63,405 nucleotides of DNA, taken from the sequence record SRR22947725_3552; one strand, written 5' to 3'. Positions 29,767 through 40,073 of this stretch are shown one piece after another. Below the pieces are notes generated by a model. That model saw only the letters and a program-made list of their open reading frames with translations. It made no database searches and was not told where the DNA came from. The first letter of the stretch is position 1, and each line of letters begins with the position of its first letter. Made by a program: the position numbers and the translations under genes.

Positions 29767-32700
29767 ATGAAAAAAAAGAATATCCACCCCAGTCAGCCTG
29801 CTCCTCATGGTTTGATCTGGATTCGAGGCAGGATTGCGCAAATCAATCTTTGCTTGTTTTTAGCATTGTTCATCGCAGCGATAAGCACTGCCAATGCACA
29901 GGTATCAAGTGTCGTTTTCGAAGATGACTTTTCATCGGATACGATTGATCCAGCAAAATACACATCTAATGCGCCTTTTTTCGAGGGTGGCGAAGGTGAT
30001 ATTCACGCAGAGGCCGGTGAGGGCGTCATGCGCTTTGTCGGTGAGACCACCCAACAATGGTGGTCGGGCGGAACTTTGAAGGTCAATGAGACATATGCTG
30101 CATCTCAGGATGCACCTGTAACGCTGACCATCGACCGTGTCGCAGAAAATGGTCAGGGATCGGCTTCTCGAAGTGCACTCTGGATCCATGACGAAACGGA
30201 AAACAGCTACGTTCTCTTTGCCGATGTTCGAGGAGAAGGTGGCTGGCGTTACAATCGCAAAATTGGTCAAGATGGCGATGTCCCCACAGGAGGGGGAAAC
30301 AATATGGCTTCTTTCGATGGGGAGGCATTCGATGATGGAGGTCTGCATGAAATGAGCATTGTTGCAAATGGCTCGACCGTGCAGCTCATTCTGGACGGCC
30401 AAGTTGGCGCTGAAGTGCCTTTTCCATTCAACAATGTGGTCTTTCAATTTGGATCATATGCGCGTGCCAACAATGATACCGCGGATACGACTTGGGATAA
30501 TTTGCAAATATCCACCGTGTTGAGCACGGCAGTCGTATTTGAGGACGATTTTTCATCAGGCTCGATTGATCCCGCAAAATTTGAATCTGCGGAACCCTTC
30601 TTTGAGGGGGGAGTAGGCAACATTCATGCCGAGGCCGACGGTGGCGTGATGAGGTTCGTGGGAGAGACCACCCAGCAATGGTGGTCAGGTGGCACACTTC
30701 GGTTGAAAGATAGCTTCAATGCAACAGCCGACTCACCTGTAACTTTATCCATTGACCGTGTCGAAGAAGACGGACAAGGCTCCGCCTCACGCAGCGCGCT
30801 CTGGATCTTCGATGAATCGGAGAGTAGTTATGTATTATTTGCCGATGTCCGAGGTGAAGGCGGCTGGCGTTATAACAGGAAAATCGGTCAGGATGGCGAT
30901 GTGCCTACCGGCGGCGGCAACAACATGGCTTCTTTCGACGGCGCAGCATTTGATGATGGAGGCCTACATAACATGTCGATGGTAGCAAATGGTTCAACGG
31001 TACAATTGCTTCTTGATGGAGTGGTGGGAGCGGAGGTGGCTTTCCCATTTTCGCCCGTTGTCTTTCACTTTGGATCTTTCGCACGAGCCAATAACGACAC
31101 GGCAAACACCGCTTGGGACAACTTAAAAGTTGAGGCAGTTCCTCAACAGAGCAATGTGGTATTCTCCGATGATTTCGCCTCGGATAGCATTGATTCAGCG
31201 CGCTATGAGCAAGCCACCCCATTCTTTGAGGGCGGCGTAGGTGATATTCATGGAGAAGCGGGTGACGGTGTGATGCGATTTGTAGGAACCACCACTCAAC
31301 AGTGGTGGTCAGGTGGAACACTTCGAGTCACGCAACCTTTTGAACCTTCAGATTCAGAAACAATCACACTATCCATTGACCGTGTCGCAGAAGCCGGCTT
31401 GGGATCTGCTTCGAGGAGTGCTGTTTGGATCTATGACGAAACCGAAACCAATTATGTCCTTTTCGCAGATGTTCGTGGCGAAGGTGGCTGGCGTTACAAT
31501 CGGAAGATTGGTCAAGATGGAGACGTGCCTACGGGCGGAGGCAACAATATGGCTGCGTTTGATGGAGAGGCATTCGACGACGGCGGTTTGCACACCATGA
31601 CAATGGAAGCAAATGGTTCGACAGTGAAGTTGATCCTCGATGGGATTGAAGGCGCTGAAGTGAGCTTTCCGTTTTCGCCTGTTATTTTTCACTTTGGAGC
31701 GTTTGCAAGGGCCAATGATGATACAGCTGATACCACTTGGGATAATCTGATCATTGAGAGTGAAGGAGGTGCCACCTTCTCACCTTCTGGTATCGGTGTC
31801 CGTAAAGGGCAGACAAGCCAACCGGTGACGGTAAGAATTCCTCAAGGCTTGAATTCTCAAAAATCCATCAGCGTGAAAGTGTCCAGTGATGATCCTTCTA
31901 TTGCGATCCCTCAAGGAGGTAGTAACGGAAGTCTTAACTTAATGTTTGCTGCAGGTGGCCCTAACACAGTTACCTTTCAAATAGTAGGGCAAGATCTTGG
32001 AGGAACGCAATTCAGTCTTACTAGCAGCGATATTGCTGCAGGCAACAAACTGGATGTCGCTGTGATTTCAGATCCTGGTGTTTTGCTGACTGAGGCCTTC
32101 GCGGGCAATTCCATCAATAGCTCTTTATTTGAAATTTCTGAAGAAGGATTCGGAAACGGATTAGGAGATTTCACTGTGGAGCAAAATAACGGCCAACTGG
32201 AAATTTCCGGATTTGCCGATGGAGATACCTGGCCCGGAGCCTCTCTGAAGACAAAGAACAGCTACCTAGCAACCGAAGATCTCAACCTCGTGGTCGAGGT
32301 CGACCGGGTGGCCATGGATCAGTTTGGAGAAGCTGGACGAACTGGAGTGTTCCTGACCAACGCGGATCGGACACGCTTCGTATTCTTCTCGCAGCAAGTC
32401 GAGATCGACGATGATGCCTTTTGGCGGGTTAACGTGAATCCTGGTTCCCCTGGCGGCGGAGGTGCCGTTATTCCGGGGTTCGGTCCAATGGAAGATCTTG
32501 GTAAGCACACCATGAAACTGGTTGCCAATGGAAGCAGCGTCGAGGTCTTCCTCGATGGTGTCTCCGGTGGTTCATTCCCATTCGAACTCAGCGCAGGCAT
32601 TTTTGTGGAATTAGGGGCTTATGCTCAGTTCATGGACGAAGATGTTTCAGGCGAGTTTGACAATCTTTCGATTGAAAATGTATTACCTTGCGTGGAAGGA

Positions 32701-33879
32701 AGTCCATCCAGTGTTCTCATAACGCGGGCTGAGAATCAGGAAATAACGGTCACGGTTCCACGCCTGGCAAATGACGCTGCCGATATTTCGGTCACCATTA
32801 AAAGCAACAATCCGGATGTTGCCATTCCAGCCGGTGGAAGCAATGGATCCATTACCCTGACTTTCCCATCGGGAAGCTCAAACAGTCAGACGTTCACGGC
32901 GATTCCAACCGGACTGGGTGCAGCAGAGTTTTCAGTATCGACGGATGCTGATGTGTGCGTTGCTGGCTCCATCTCAGTTGAAGTCATTTCCATTCCTGAA
33001 GTCTTCCTTACGGATGACTTTTCCGGAGATAGTGTGGATACTGCAAAATGGCGCGTCGATGAAACTCCATTGAACGAATCTGGCACCTTGAAACCAGCTC
33101 CGCAATCTTTCATCGAGATTCAAAACGGAGAAGTAGTCATTCACGTGGAGGCTGAAACGCCAGCGTGGCCAGGTATGGCGCTTCTGACGGTTGATACCTA
33201 TTCGGCGTCACTAACGGAGCCACTGACATTCGAACTGGACCGCAAGATGGTCGATTTCGTTCTGTCATCTGGTGTTAGCTCCGAAAGTCGCACAGGCATG
33301 TGGGCAATGAATGCGAATGGTGATCATGTCTTCTTCGTCGATCATACCACACATGATGCCCGCAACTTCGGCTGGCGCTACAATCGCCGACCAGGTGCGG
33401 ATGACAATGAAGAAATCGGTAACGGAATCAATATTCCAGCCTTTGATGGGGGATCCTTCGACAATCGCGGTGACCATCGCATGAAGTTGGTATTGAACGG
33501 ATCAACGGCAAAACTATTCCTGGACGATGTTTTTGGAATAGAAGTCGAATTCCCTTACTCGGAGGGAATTACCTTAGGGTTCGGCTCTTATGCTGATGAT
33601 GTCGGCCCTGCTGACCCAGAAACGGGAGAACCTCTGGGCAACCAAACCACTGGTAATTTTGACAACGCTCTTATCACGGGCGGGTCAGTGCCATTCGTTG
33701 AGCAAGGTAATATTACCGGATTCACCATTCAGGAAGGAAACCTTGTTATTGAATGGTCAGGAAACCAGCTATTGGAGTCAACTTCTGTAACAGGTCCGTT
33801 TGCACCTGTTGCCGGAGCAGTCCCGCCAAATTCCAGTATTCCTATTGAAGATGGAGCTCGATTCTTCATCGCTGAATAA
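29767..33879 (+). CDS. Large secreted repeat protein (beta-rich ~207-aa repeats, Ig-like linkers, C-terminal module)
   Basis: Signal peptide ending ANA|Q; three near-identical repeats, two diverged copies and two Ig-like segments; acidic composition. Confidence 0.85.
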   Translation: MKKKNIHPSQPAPHGLIWIRGRIAQINLCLFLALFIAAISTANAQVSSVVFEDDFSSDTIDPAKYTSNAPFFEGGEGDIHAEAGEGVMRFVGETTQQWWSGGTLKVNETYAASQDAPVTLTIDRVAENGQGSASRSALWIHDETENSYVLFADVRGEGGWRYNRKIGQDGDVPTGGGNNMASFDGEAFDDGGLHEMSIVANGSTVQLILDGQVGAEVPFPFNNVVFQFGSYARANNDTADTTWDNLQISTVLSTAVVFEDDFSSGSIDPAKFESAEPFFEGGVGNIHAEADGGVMRFVGETTQQWWSGGTLRLKDSFNATADSPVTLSIDRVEEDGQGSASRSALWIFDESESSYVLFADVRGEGGWRYNRKIGQDGDVPTGGGNNMASFDGAAFDDGGLHNMSMVANGSTVQLLLDGVVGAEVAFPFSPVVFHFGSFARANNDTANTAWDNLKVEAVPQQSNVVFSDDFASDSIDSARYEQATPFFEGGVGDIHGEAGDGVMRFVGTTTQQWWSGGTLRVTQPFEPSDSETITLSIDRVAEAGLGSASRSAVWIYDETETNYVLFADVRGEGGWRYNRKIGQDGDVPTGGGNNMAAFDGEAFDDGGLHTMTMEANGSTVKLILDGIEGAEVSFPFSPVIFHFGAFARANDDTADTTWDNLIIESEGGATFSPSGIGVRKGQTSQPVTVRIPQGLNSQKSISVKVSSDDPSIAIPQGGSNGSLNLMFAAGGPNTVTFQIVGQDLGGTQFSLTSSDIAAGNKLDVAVISDPGVLLTEAFAGNSINSSLFEISEEGFGNGLGDFTVEQNNGQLEISGFADGDTWPGASLKTKNSYLATEDLNLVVEVDRVAMDQFGEAGRTGVFLTNADRTRFVFFSQQVEIDDDAFWRVNVNPGSPGGGGAVIPGFGPMEDLGKHTMKLVANGSSVEVFLDGVSGGSFPFELSAGIFVELGAYAQFMDEDVSGEFDNLSIENVLPCVEGSPSSVLITRAENQEITVTVPRLANDAADISVTIKSNNPDVAIPAGGSNGSITLTFPSGSSNSQTFTAIPTGLGAAEFSVSTDADVCVAGSISVEVISIPEVFLTDDFSGDSVDTAKWRVDETPLNESGTLKPAPQSFIEIQNGEVVIHVEAETPAWPGMALLTVDTYSASLTEPLTFELDRKMVDFVLSSGVSSESRTGMWAMNANGDHVFFVDHTTHDARNFGWRYNRRPGADDNEEIGNGINIPAFDGGSFDNRGDHRMKLVLNGSTAKLFLDDVFGIEVEFPYSEGITLGFGSYADDVGPADPETGEPLGNQTTGNFDNALITGGSVPFVEQGNITGFTIQEGNLVIEWSGNQLLESTSVTGPFAPVAGAVPPNSSIPIEDGARFFIAE
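29911..31765 (+). repeat. Three tandem intragenic repeats of 621-624 nt
   Basis: Units start at 29911, 30532 and 31156 (VVF(E/S)DDF...); shared TTQQWWSGGTL and YVLFADVRGEGGWRYNRKIGQDGDVPTGGGNNMA. Confidence 0.95.
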
Positions 33880-33898
33880 ATCGATTACTTAAAACCGC

Positions 33899-33929
33899 AA
33901 AGGGCCGCCTCTTGAGGCGGCCCTTTTTT
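33899..33929. terminator. Probably bidirectional intrinsic terminator between convergent genes
   Basis: AAAGGGCCGCCTC-TT-GAGGCGGCCCTTT followed by more Ts. Confidence 0.9.
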
Positions 33930-35907
33930 ATTTGGACTCGGTAATATGAAGCGTTTGATTGGCTTCCAAATTGGAGTTCAAGACTTGTTCCGATCCGGAT
34001 GGCCAAATCACCTTGATAGAATCAGCTGAACCCGCCTCCCCCAGACCGAAATAAAGTGGCATCGAACTTTGGGCCAAATAACCGGATTTACCGTCATTCA
34101 ATTGAACATATTTTTTACCTTTGACCGACACGGTGACTAAAGCTCCAATTCCATTGCGATTGGAGGTCTTACCGGTCAACTTGATTTTCAAGAATTTGAT
34201 AGCTTTCTTCTCACTCAGGTCACTGATCAACAATTGAGGGCGATCGTAGAATTCGTTGGTAACAATATCAAGGTCACCGTCGTTATCCAGATCGATAATA
34301 GCTGAGGATCTCGTACTTAAGGTGCCCAGAACCTTCTTGCGACCCGTCTGATCCTTGCATTCCGAGTGGTTTTTATCCTTTCCGTCACAATCCAGCGTAA
34401 ACCAGACTTTCTCTGTGCGACCGTCTCCTCGGGGTTCGACACCTAGCAGAAATTCACTGTCAAAAAAACGCTCACCTCCTTGATTGAGCAACAAACTATT
34501 GATTCCATAACGAAAAGGATACCCCATACCGCCGCTTACAAATACATCCTCCGATCCATCGGCATTTAAATCTCCAACACTGAAGCCCCATGGCCAGTAT
34601 GTTTCCGCATGAAATCGATCTGAGGATTCCCTGTAAGCTCCATTTGCTTGACTGAGATACAGTGCATTGCCGAAGATATTATTGCCTGCACCTTGAAGAT
34701 ACTCCTCCGTCCATTGTACCGAACAAAAAGCTTCACTTTTCGCTTTTTCCAAACGGGGGGAGAAACGAAGTGCTTGCATGGTTTGGCCTTGCGTCATGTC
34801 TGAATGCATGTCGGTGATATACAAATCCAGTCGACCATCAAGATTGGCATCAAAGAATTTAACCCCCATGGCGCCCCAGGATGTTTTAGGGAAGTATTGA
34901 TCTGTTTTCTCAACAAAGGTTTTTCCTTGCTGATTTTCATAAAAATGATCATCACCTTGCATGTTGACAATGTAGAGATCCATGAACCCATCCTGATTGA
35001 CATCAGCGAAGGAGCAATCTCCACTCCAACTACCATCCCTGAGGCCTGTTTCCTGAGTGACGTCTTTGAATCGTCCATTACCAAGCCCTCTGTAGAGAAT
35101 GCTGTATTCTGTTCTTTCAGGAAAAAGGTGACCGGCAAACGCATCCGGATAGGCTTCGTAGTATCCGCCACGTCCCTGATTCTGCTTGGTATATTGCCCT
35201 ACATTGGTCACAAACAGGTCAAGGATCCCGTCGTTGTTGTAGTCCCAGAACACGGCCCCTGAGGAATGTCCCACGTATGTCAATCCGGAGGCTTCCGTAA
35301 CATCTTTGAAGACTCCATCTCCATCATTCTGAAATAAATGGTTACCACGACGGACTGTGGTCACAAATAAATCCTGATCGCCGTCATTATCCACATCTCC
35401 AAATGAAGCTGCAACCGAAACACGGTTCACCAAACCAACCCCTGCTTTTCTTGTGATGTCCTCGAACTTACCGTTACCCAAGTTTCTCCAGAGGTGGTTG
35501 TACCCCATTTGAGTCGTCCAGTAGATGTCCGGCAGATTATCTCCATCGACATCTGCTATGGCCACTGCGTTGCCGTGATCGTAGTGGGCCGCTTTGTAGG
35601 AAACTCCAGCGTCATCGACAATGTGATGTGAGAACCGAATTCCACTCTCACCGATACCATCGGAGAACTCAAACCCATGATAAACCGACATCGTTTCTGC
35701 CTGTTTCAACTGGTAATCCTTGCGGGCCATCAATCTTTCCATGGCATAAACATGTTCCGGAGACTCGTCCTGCGCTGAAAGTGCCATGCCGCTGCAGATG
35801 CTTAGACAAGCTGCGGCTGGGCCAATGAGTGAGCTGGCGTTTTTTAGTTTTCTTTGTATTGAGATTCTGTGGGACCAACAGGAGAGCCATCGGGAGTGGT
35901 ATAACAT
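33928..35907 (-). CDS. CRTAC1-like FG-GAP/VCBS repeat protein with ASPIC/UnbV domain (start uncertain, 35907 or 35955)
   Basis: Repeated DxDxDGxxDL motifs; C-terminal GYLAQSSMPLYFGLG...WPSG; signal peptide ending ALSA|Q. Confidence 0.85.
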   Translation of the reverse strand: MLYHSRWLSCWSHRISIQRKLKNASSLIGPAAACLSICSGMALSAQDESPEHVYAMERLMARKDYQLKQAETMSVYHGFEFSDGIGESGIRFSHHIVDDAGVSYKAAHYDHGNAVAIADVDGDNLPDIYWTTQMGYNHLWRNLGNGKFEDITRKAGVGLVNRVSVAASFGDVDNDGDQDLFVTTVRRGNHLFQNDGDGVFKDVTEASGLTYVGHSSGAVFWDYNNDGILDLFVTNVGQYTKQNQGRGGYYEAYPDAFAGHLFPERTEYSILYRGLGNGRFKDVTQETGLRDGSWSGDCSFADVNQDGFMDLYIVNMQGDDHFYENQQGKTFVEKTDQYFPKTSWGAMGVKFFDANLDGRLDLYITDMHSDMTQGQTMQALRFSPRLEKAKSEAFCSVQWTEEYLQGAGNNIFGNALYLSQANGAYRESSDRFHAETYWPWGFSVGDLNADGSEDVFVSGGMGYPFRYGINSLLLNQGGERFFDSEFLLGVEPRGDGRTEKVWFTLDCDGKDKNHSECKDQTGRKKVLGTLSTRSSAIIDLDNDGDLDIVTNEFYDRPQLLISDLSEKKAIKFLKIKLTGKTSNRNGIGALVTVSVKGKKYVQLNDGKSGYLAQSSMPLYFGLGEAGSADSIKVIWPSGSEQVLNSNLEANQTLHITESK

Positions 35908-36011
35908 CCTACGATACGAGCAAATCGGATCAAAAAAGTCGAGCTTGGAATCCATGTCATGATCCCCGTTTTTTCTGGTTTGTTGTAATTTTCCTCGATT
36001 AACATGCATCC

Positions 36012-39000
36012 ATGTTTGACACACCCCGGCGCAGTATTTTTTCAATGCTTGGATGCGTTTCCATTGCCTTGCAGCTATCTTCACAATCCTGGGAAGAAGG
36101 CGATGGTTTCAGATCGCTTTCGACAAGTGCTGTGCCCGGTGATTCCCAGGGATTCAGCCTGATTGAAAGTGGGCAAACTGGATTGAATTTCACGAATTCA
36201 TTAGTATCAGATCGAGGCCTTCGAAATCAAATTCTGCTGAATGGATCTGGGGTTGCCGCTGGAGATGTCAACGGAGATGGGCTTTGTGATTTGTACTTCT
36301 GCGGACTGGATCGGCCCAATATTCTTTTTCTCAATCACGGAAATTGGATATTTGAAGAATCTGTTATTGCTGATGCTATCCTCTGCAAAGATCAATCCTC
36401 TACTGGCGCTGTGTTTGCAGATGTGAATGGCGACGGTTCTCTGGATTTGCTGGTGACTGGCCATCAAAAAGGCGTACGCCTCTTTCTCAATGAGGGAGAA
36501 GGCTCTTTCATCGAAGTCACAAAAGAGTGGGGCCTGGCAAGCACAAGTGGAAGTGCTTCCATGACGTTGGCTGATGTGGATGGGAATGGTTGGCTGGATC
36601 TTTATGTGGTCAATTACCGCAATGACACCATGCGAGATTTGCCGGATGGACAGTTTGACGTGAGGTTGGTCAACGGAGAATATCGACTCCTCTCTTACAA
36701 CGGAAAATCTGCCGATAGCCCTGACCTCAAAGGGAGGTTTACATTTAATCGCTCACAAGGTGTTTTGGAAAACGGTGAACCCGATCAATTGTTTCTCAAC
36801 TCCGGAAGGGGTCAGTTCGAACCCGTCAACTGGCAAGAAGGCCACTTTCTGGATACAAATGAAAACCCTGTCGAAACGCCCTACGACTGGGGACTTTCAG
36901 CCATGTTTTACGATTTCAACGGAGACTTGGCTCCGGATCTTTATGTTTGCAATGATTTCCAATCGCCGGATCGCATTTGGATCAATATGGGAGATGGTCG
37001 ATTCAAGGCCATGGATGATAACCGAATCCGGCAGACAAGTCTCTTTTCAATGGGACTGGATTTTTCAGATATCAATCGTGATGGATTATCGGATTTATTT
37101 GTAGTGGATATGCTCAGCCGTTCACATTTGCGAAGAATGGTTCAAGTGATGGATGGCATGGCATTTGCACAATACCGCGATACCTCGCAGGCAAGACCAC
37201 AATCGCCTCGAAACACATTATTCATCCAACGTAACAACCAAACTTTCAGTGAAACAGCTCGTTACAGTGGAGTGGAAGCATCTGATTGGTCATGGTGCCC
37301 GGTATTTCTGGATGTAGATCTCGATGGATATGAAGACCTACTGATCACAACGGGCCATTGGCGTGATGCTCAGAATGCGGATGTCTCCCGAGATCTTGAT
37401 GCAATGATCCAAGCAGGCAATTATACACACGCTCAAAAACTGGCAATGCGCAGCCGTTTCCCAGTGTTGAACACTCCTAACATTGTGTTCAAAAACATGC
37501 GTAACACTCAATTCGAAGACAAGAGCGCTGCATGGGGCTTTAATTCCACTCAGGTATCTCACGGTATGGTACTAGCGGATCTGGATAATGATGGTGACCT
37601 TGATATTGCCGTTAACTGTCTGAATGCCCAGGCACTGCTTTACAGAAATGATTCAAGCAACCCGCGAGTGCGTGTCCAGTTGAAAGGCAGCAAACAAAAT
37701 ACCGCCGGTATTGGGGGATTGATAAAAGTCAATGCACCAGGGCTGCCGATACAGACTCAGTTTATCATATCAGGAGGAAGATACCTTTCGGGAGATCAGG
37801 CGGTCCGTTCCTTTGCGGTTCAAAATGAAAACGATACGGTAACCGTTGAAATCAACTGGCGAAATGGACGGCGCGACCTTTATGAAAATATGTCGGCAAA
37901 CAGGCTTTACGTTTTCCATGAGAGCAAGAAAGCAAATCCACACATTGCCACGAAAGCTCCTGAACCCCAGATCAAAACCTTGTTTGAGGATGTTTCGGAA
38001 CGATTAAATCATCGTCATTCAGATCAGCCCTATGATGATTTCATGAGGCAACCCATGCTCCCCCGTAAGCTTAGCAGTCTTGGGCCTGGACTTGCTTGGT
38101 TCGATTTCAATCAGGATGGCTGGGAGGACCTCTTCATTGGCGGAGGAAAGAAAGGAAAACTTGGGGTCTTCCGCAATGAAGAAGGTCTGCGTTTTGTCAG
38201 GCAGCGAGCAAAGGCATTTGAAGCTGAGCTTCCCAGAGACCAAACTTCCATCATCGCTTGGCGGCCTGACCCGAAAGACATGGCCCTCCTCTTGGGCCAG
38301 TCGGCATATGAATCATTTCAAAAGGAATTACCTGTTTTTAATCATTTTTCCATGGTGACCGGAAAAATGGAGACAATCACCAATAGTGAAGGTTCCAGCA
38401 CGGGGCCAATGACCATGGCTGATTGGGACGGAGATGGAGATCTTGATTTATTTGTAGGTGGCCGGGTTCAATCTGGGCGATTTCCTGAAAGCCCCAAATC
38501 ATTACTTTATCGAAATCATAACGGCAAATTCGTACCTGCGTTAGAATCGAGTCAGCCATTCAAGAATGTTGGAATGGTTAGCGCTGCTATTTTTTCTGAT
38601 CTCACTGGTGATCCTTTACCAGATCTCATGCTGGCCTGCGACTGGGGTCCGCTGTATTTATTTGAAAATCAGGGAGGACAGTTCGTTGAAGTAAACAAAG
38701 ACATTCATTGGAGCGATTCCCTCACATCGAAAATATCTTTTAATTCCTTGAACAAATTGCGGGGGTGGTGGACGAGTTTGACGGCCATGGACGCCAATCA
38801 GGATGGCCGATTGGATTTGGTAGCCGGCAATTGGGGGCGCAATCATGAGCGGGGAGATTCCAGCTTCCAACCATTGCGGATCTATTATGGAGTGGCATCC
38901 GGACCGGGAGGCTACCCATCAGTGGAATCTCATTGGGATCAGGAGCGAGCTGCATTTGTGCCGTCCAGAGATTGGGGGACGCTTTCTGCCTCATTGCCTT

Positions 39001-39746
39001 GGCTGAACCGAGCATTTAAAACATTTCAGACTTTTGCCCATGCCTCAATAGACGAAGCATTGCAGACAATACCCGGTGAGTTTCAGTTTCTGGAGGCCCG
39101 ATGCTTTGAGTCCATCGTTTTTTTGAATCTGGACTCTGCATGGAAGGCAATCCCTTTACCTGACGAAGCACAAATGACTCCTTTGTTTGGGATAGGTATC
39201 GGTGATTTCAACAATGATGGTATGGAAGATTTAGTAGGTTCACAAAACTTTTTCGGAGTCAACGCACTCGACAGCCGACAGGATGCTGGCACGGGGTTGC
39301 TACTTTTTGGAAACGGGGACGGAACCTTTACAGCTTCCCTGCCTGCATCAAGCGGGATTGCCATTCCTGGAGAAGGCAGAGGATTGGCTGTCGCTGATTT
39401 TGACCATGATGGCCGTGCTGATTTCATCGCAACCCAACACAGCGGCCCCACAAAGCTCTACCGCAATCTGGAACAAAAAGTAGGTTTGGCCGTCCGATTG
39501 AGAGGGCCAGCCGGCAATTTACAGGCCATTGGGGCAAAGGGGAGACTGATTTATGAAAACGGAACCAAAGGACCGACACGTGAGTGGAGACTTGGCGACG
39601 GCTATTGGTCCCAGACACCGAACCGTCAGGTCTTCGGTTTTGATGCGTCACCGGCAGCAGTGGAGGTTAGATGGCCAACAGGCGATATTCAGGTAATGAA
39701 GATCCAGAAAGGACAAAAAGAAATTCTTATCACCGTCTCGCCATGA
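36012..39746 (+). CDS. VCBS/FG-GAP repeat protein with two ASPIC/UnbV modules
   Basis: Many DxNGDGxxDL repeats; ASPIC/UnbV motifs at mid-protein (GGRYLSG...INWRNG) and C-terminus (GYWSQ...VRWPTG). Confidence 0.88.
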   Translation: MFDTPRRSIFSMLGCVSIALQLSSQSWEEGDGFRSLSTSAVPGDSQGFSLIESGQTGLNFTNSLVSDRGLRNQILLNGSGVAAGDVNGDGLCDLYFCGLDRPNILFLNHGNWIFEESVIADAILCKDQSSTGAVFADVNGDGSLDLLVTGHQKGVRLFLNEGEGSFIEVTKEWGLASTSGSASMTLADVDGNGWLDLYVVNYRNDTMRDLPDGQFDVRLVNGEYRLLSYNGKSADSPDLKGRFTFNRSQGVLENGEPDQLFLNSGRGQFEPVNWQEGHFLDTNENPVETPYDWGLSAMFYDFNGDLAPDLYVCNDFQSPDRIWINMGDGRFKAMDDNRIRQTSLFSMGLDFSDINRDGLSDLFVVDMLSRSHLRRMVQVMDGMAFAQYRDTSQARPQSPRNTLFIQRNNQTFSETARYSGVEASDWSWCPVFLDVDLDGYEDLLITTGHWRDAQNADVSRDLDAMIQAGNYTHAQKLAMRSRFPVLNTPNIVFKNMRNTQFEDKSAAWGFNSTQVSHGMVLADLDNDGDLDIAVNCLNAQALLYRNDSSNPRVRVQLKGSKQNTAGIGGLIKVNAPGLPIQTQFIISGGRYLSGDQAVRSFAVQNENDTVTVEINWRNGRRDLYENMSANRLYVFHESKKANPHIATKAPEPQIKTLFEDVSERLNHRHSDQPYDDFMRQPMLPRKLSSLGPGLAWFDFNQDGWEDLFIGGGKKGKLGVFRNEEGLRFVRQRAKAFEAELPRDQTSIIAWRPDPKDMALLLGQSAYESFQKELPVFNHFSMVTGKMETITNSEGSSTGPMTMADWDGDGDLDLFVGGRVQSGRFPESPKSLLYRNHNGKFVPALESSQPFKNVGMVSAAIFSDLTGDPLPDLMLACDWGPLYLFENQGGQFVEVNKDIHWSDSLTSKISFNSLNKLRGWWTSLTAMDANQDGRLDLVAGNWGRNHERGDSSFQPLRIYYGVASGPGGYPSVESHWDQERAAFVPSRDWGTLSASLPWLNRAFKTFQTFAHASIDEALQTIPGEFQFLEARCFESIVFLNLDSAWKAIPLPDEAQMTPLFGIGIGDFNNDGMEDLVGSQNFFGVNALDSRQDAGTGLLLFGNGDGTFTASLPASSGIAIPGEGRGLAVADFDHDGRADFIATQHSGPTKLYRNLEQKVGLAVRLRGPAGNLQAIGAKGRLIYENGTKGPTREWRLGDGYWSQTPNRQVFGFDASPAAVEVRWPTGDIQVMKIQKGQKEILITVSP

Positions 39747-40073
39747 TCGAGATTGGGGCGCGTTGTTTATGCCTTCCCCCCCCCCCAACTCTGGCTACTT
39801 TCTCTTGAATCAGTAAAAGATAACCGGAAAGAAATCAGCGTCGAAATGCTGAAATGATATTTGCTTACATCATACCTTGTGTAGGGGAAAATTCAAAAAT
39901 TGCCGAACCGATATAAAATGAGAATAAATAAAACCTTCTAAGAATGATCGCAATCTCATAACAGCGAACGGCAGTACTTGATCTTCACATGAGAAATTTG
40001 ATTTTATTGTTGTGAAAGTTCCTCGCAGAACATTAATGGTGATTATGGTTTGATATCCATAGACTCATCAATT

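Noticed and set aside
29911-31765. CRISPR array or mobile repeat
   Set aside because: The repeats are in-frame ~620-nt protein domains; no short repeat-spacer pattern, cas gene or transposase seen
35956-36084. Overlap of the two divergent FG-GAP genes
   Set aside because: Artefact of the longest-ORF start; the signal peptide position points to a start at 35907-35955
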